DNA from: Ptychomitrium polyphyllum
Taxonomy: Eukaryota
Direction: 5' to 3'
Assembly (NCBI GenBank): GCA_973851085.1
Contig: OZ316776.1
Location: forward strand, 1,674,001 to 1,738,000
Length of the DNA: 64,000 nucleotides
The position numbers and the translations under genes were made by a program. Below are positions 61,035-64,000 of the stretch, piece by piece. The notes beneath the pieces were generated by a model. The model had not been told where the DNA came from. It saw only the letters and a list, made by a program, of their open reading frames with translations, and did not search any database. How positions within the stretch are numbered: the first letter of the stretch is position 1; each line of letters starts with the position of its first letter.

Positions 61035-61061
61035 TGTGTGTGTGTGTGTGTGTGTGTGTGT
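61035..61061. repeat. (TG)n microsatellite just upstream of a tag splice acceptor in the EMB2737 5' leader
   Basis: About 13 TG units. Confidence 0.9.
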
Positions 61062-61133
61062 ATAGGTGAACAGAACCAGTGCGATTATAATTGGAAGTGC
61101 GAGGTGGAGGAGGAAGATTGTGGAAGCTGGGAG

Positions 61134-61150
61134 TTAGGGTTTAGGGTTTA
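61134..61150 (+). promoter_or_regulatory. Telo-box-like (TAGGGTTT) tandem immediately before the EMB2737 start codon
   Basis: ttagggtttagggttta is the reverse complement of AAACCCTA telo-boxes; function is inferred. Confidence 0.45.
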
Positions 61151-61153
61151 GAG

Positions 61154-64000
61154 ATGAACAAGGTGGACATAGGCCGCGTATTCGCCGTGGTGAAGCAGAG
61201 GTCGGGGGAGTTTGTGGGGGCCGTCAAGGACACGGCCGTTGAGTTGTCATGGGACTTGCGTGACGCTGCGGAAGCAGGGTTTGGCGTGCCCAAGCTCATC
61301 TCCTCTGTTGCGTCCTTCTCTGTTGCGGTGGGTATTCCTATCCTTGGCTTGGATGGTGAATTAGGTGACTAGAAGTTTTCATTGTTGGGTAAAGTATGAG
61401 GGATTTGGTGATTGATGTGAATGTGGATGTGAGCAGGCAGTGGCAGCTTCGGGGACTGCAGCTATTGCGTTTGATGGAGCTGGCAAAGTGTTCGGCAGAA
61501 GGTTGGCTATTGTTGCGTGTAGGATTGAGAGTGTTGATTAGTGGGTTATGTCAATGAGCTTGGTGATGTTGGAAGTGGGAAGTTATGTTTAGTTAATGGC
61601 GAAGTCGTGGAAGATTTCACTGATCTGGGTTTGAGGGAATTGGTATTATTGTGATGTGTGGATGTTCCTTGCGGTGTGTTTGGGTGCCATATTTAGTTGT
61701 GCTCTTTTTCTGGAGTTTATGAGTAGGGTTTTCAAGGTCAGGAGGAAGCTTGAATGTAGCGCTTTTGCAGGGAATGCACTGAGTGCAATGGCTGGGAAGG
61801 GTTGCGCTGCACCATGTGCGAGGGCAAGGGGTTGGTGCAGTATTTTGTCGATAATATCGATGAGTAAGTCGTTCTGATTTTCAATTAGGGAGTTTTGATC
61901 ATGGGCTGGACAGTCAATCGAAGAATCAGTTAGTAGCTACTCCATAAATGTATAAATAGATAAGACATTTTTTGAGGAGAAATGGATACAGCAGGATGAA
62001 GTACGATTTAATATGCTAATGATTTGTCTGGAAATGCTTGATTGCTGGCGTAATACCATGATTAAATAATGATATAATCGAATGTGTAGTTTTCAGAGCG
62101 ATTCAGTACAGAGTCTGGCAGGCGCAATAGCAAGTGGCAGTGCAAATTTGGGTTATGTTCCTGCATCTGTGACTTCTGGTCTTCCTTTGCCCCGCCGAGA
62201 ATGTCCAACTTGTGACGGCACGGTATGTTGAAGACATTGGTTTCTCCCAAATGTTTATTTTATGTTTGAGCGGGTGGAAGTTTTTTATTACTGCATACAA
62301 TTTCTAGAGAAGGCATTTCTCCATACTTTTATGTTGTAGCTCGGACCTTGTTAGAAACTACTTTTGTGTTGGTAGTGCGTGTGTATTAATTCATGCATGT
62401 GGATTTTCAGGGAGTTATGACGTGTAAGAAGTGCAAAGGCGAGTCATGGAAACCAAAAATGAACTTTGACGACGTAATCCACCATCCTCTGGAACTTTGA
62501 CATCTTTTTGACAACTGTCCTTTGGAGGAATTTAGGTTGATGGATTTGTAATCGCATCACGTTTTGCGGAGGGGTCATCATTGCTGGAATAGATTTTGCT
62601 GCATGTTTGATCTCTAGTTTTACTGATTTTTACTTACGATTAGTCATTTCGTTTCACAGGCTAATGTTCCGGGTTTTGTTAATGCAGATAATGGATGTTC
62701 CTTGGAAAGCGTGGAATGTTTACAGGAAGACAACACCACCTACTGAGGTGCATGTTCACACCTATGAGTACCTTTTGTTTTGCAACTTTAGATCATATGC
62801 AATACTGTGTCAACAAGGTGAGTTTTTAAGGAGCTAGAGTGGAGGTAGTTTAATGCATAGACCTTCAAAGGTGAAGGTGATGATGGTAAAATGAGTATTT
62901 TAGGAACGATTCTCCTTAGAAACTACCCTCTTATTACATTCTTTTTTAGTTGTAGTAAACGTCTTTATTATTGTGGGGTGAATGTCGAACTAATTTTAAC
63001 ATGATACTCAGGGTTCTGTCCCAGCAACCCCTTCCCTGGTGACCATGATGATTCTGAGCTTAACTTGCTATCTCTGATGCAGTCACAAGATAAATTGATG
63101 GCAAATCCCGATTTAGCTCGATGGATGATGTTCGAGAAGCCTGCTATTGAGAGCGGTGTAGAGTATGATGAAGATGTTAAAGAGAAAATGTGGAGGGAGT
63201 ATAAGGTGGGCCACTTATTTCCTACTTCACTTTATGTAGTAGCAGCTGAATTTACATTCTGGTTGAGAAGTCATTTTTGAGTCACGAGTGCTCGAACTCT
63301 CTGAACTACTGACTGTTCATAAGGATACTGCTCTGCTGATGAGTATTTACCTCGTTTGAGCATGCTTACTAATCTACACAAAGCTATCTGTCATGGCTAT
63401 ATAGGATAAGAGGCGCTATGACGAACTGCGTGAGAAAGTGGAAAATAGAGAACCTGGCTGGGAGATCTTACAACAGGTTTGTATATCTTGAGCGCACAGA
63501 AACTACGGCATGAGTAATGAATAGAGCTTCTGAGTACCTTGTTGCATTTGGACTTTCACATACAAGTCGTTGCCAGAGCTGCAGAGATTTGTGGAGGTTA
63601 CTGTGCACTCTCATAATGGACCTAGGAACTCTGGGCAGTAAATGGTGAAAGAAAACTAACAAGTTGGAATGTATGGGGAGCAGGGTTTAATGAACATAAA
63701 TCCAGAACGAGCAAGGTTAGACCCTATAATAGTGCAGAATGTACCTTTTTATAAAGCTCAATTACAAGTTCAAGCTGAAGTGGATCAGCTGCAACCTCCT
63801 CCAAGGCCTGCAAATTGGGGGGTGAGTCTACGTGCTCTAGTTTTATTCTTCTGCATCTGGCATTTAAAGTTATCGAATTGAAGTACATGTGTGCAGTTTC
63901 CACATCAGTATTACGTGAAATTTTAAGCGTACAAAGCTTTTTTGGAGTTCTATCTGCTTCCTAAGCTTTTGCACAGGAGAGTGAAATAGTTAGCTTTAAT
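61154..64000 (+). CDS. EMB2737: EMB2737-like DnaJ-type zinc-finger (CxxCxGxG) protein, multi-exon, continuing past the window edge
   Basis: Exons read GFGVPKLIS..; ECTECNGWEGLRCTMCEGKG; LPRRECPTCDGT|GVMTCKKCK; DD|IMDVPWKAWNV; YDEDVKEKMWREY; RYDELREKVENREPGWE; PERARLDPIIVQNVPFYKA..PPPRPANWG. This matches my recollection of Arabidopsis EMB2737 throughout. Confidence 0.88.

Noticed and set aside
61134..61150. Interstitial telomere or chromosome-fusion scar
   Set aside because: Only about two units; better explained as a telo-box.

Overview
This is eukaryotic nuclear DNA from an intron-containing land plant. The LTR families, kinase types and gene content point to a moss, probably Physcomitrium/Funariaceae-like (inference). 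Apparently intact genes: a non-RD SD-2b-type receptor kinase with an unusual ectodomain and an extra C-terminal domain (13.9-16.8 kb, +), a protein with a UBZ4 zinc finger at each end (21.7-24.1 kb, -), NAA40/NatD (26.9-29.4 kb, -), a FEI-like LRR receptor kinase (36.4-40.1 kb, -) and an EMB2737 homologue running off the right edge. Pseudogenes: RPL9, an MCM5 lacking most of its ATPase core, two inverted copies of a TKL-type kinase, and a small Cys-containing gene with one in-frame stop. The window is heavily rearranged. It has a ~1.1 kb near-perfect palindrome carrying two divergent orphan ORFs, a 1.67 kb direct duplication 18,171 bp apart, and an inverted duplication around the FEI gene that supplies its stop codon. 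It also has a truncated Copia element and a four-layer Gypsy/chromovirus nest (44.3-55.3 kb). I saw no rRNA, tRNA or CRISPR array. All calls come from reading the sequence and recalling families; no searches were run.
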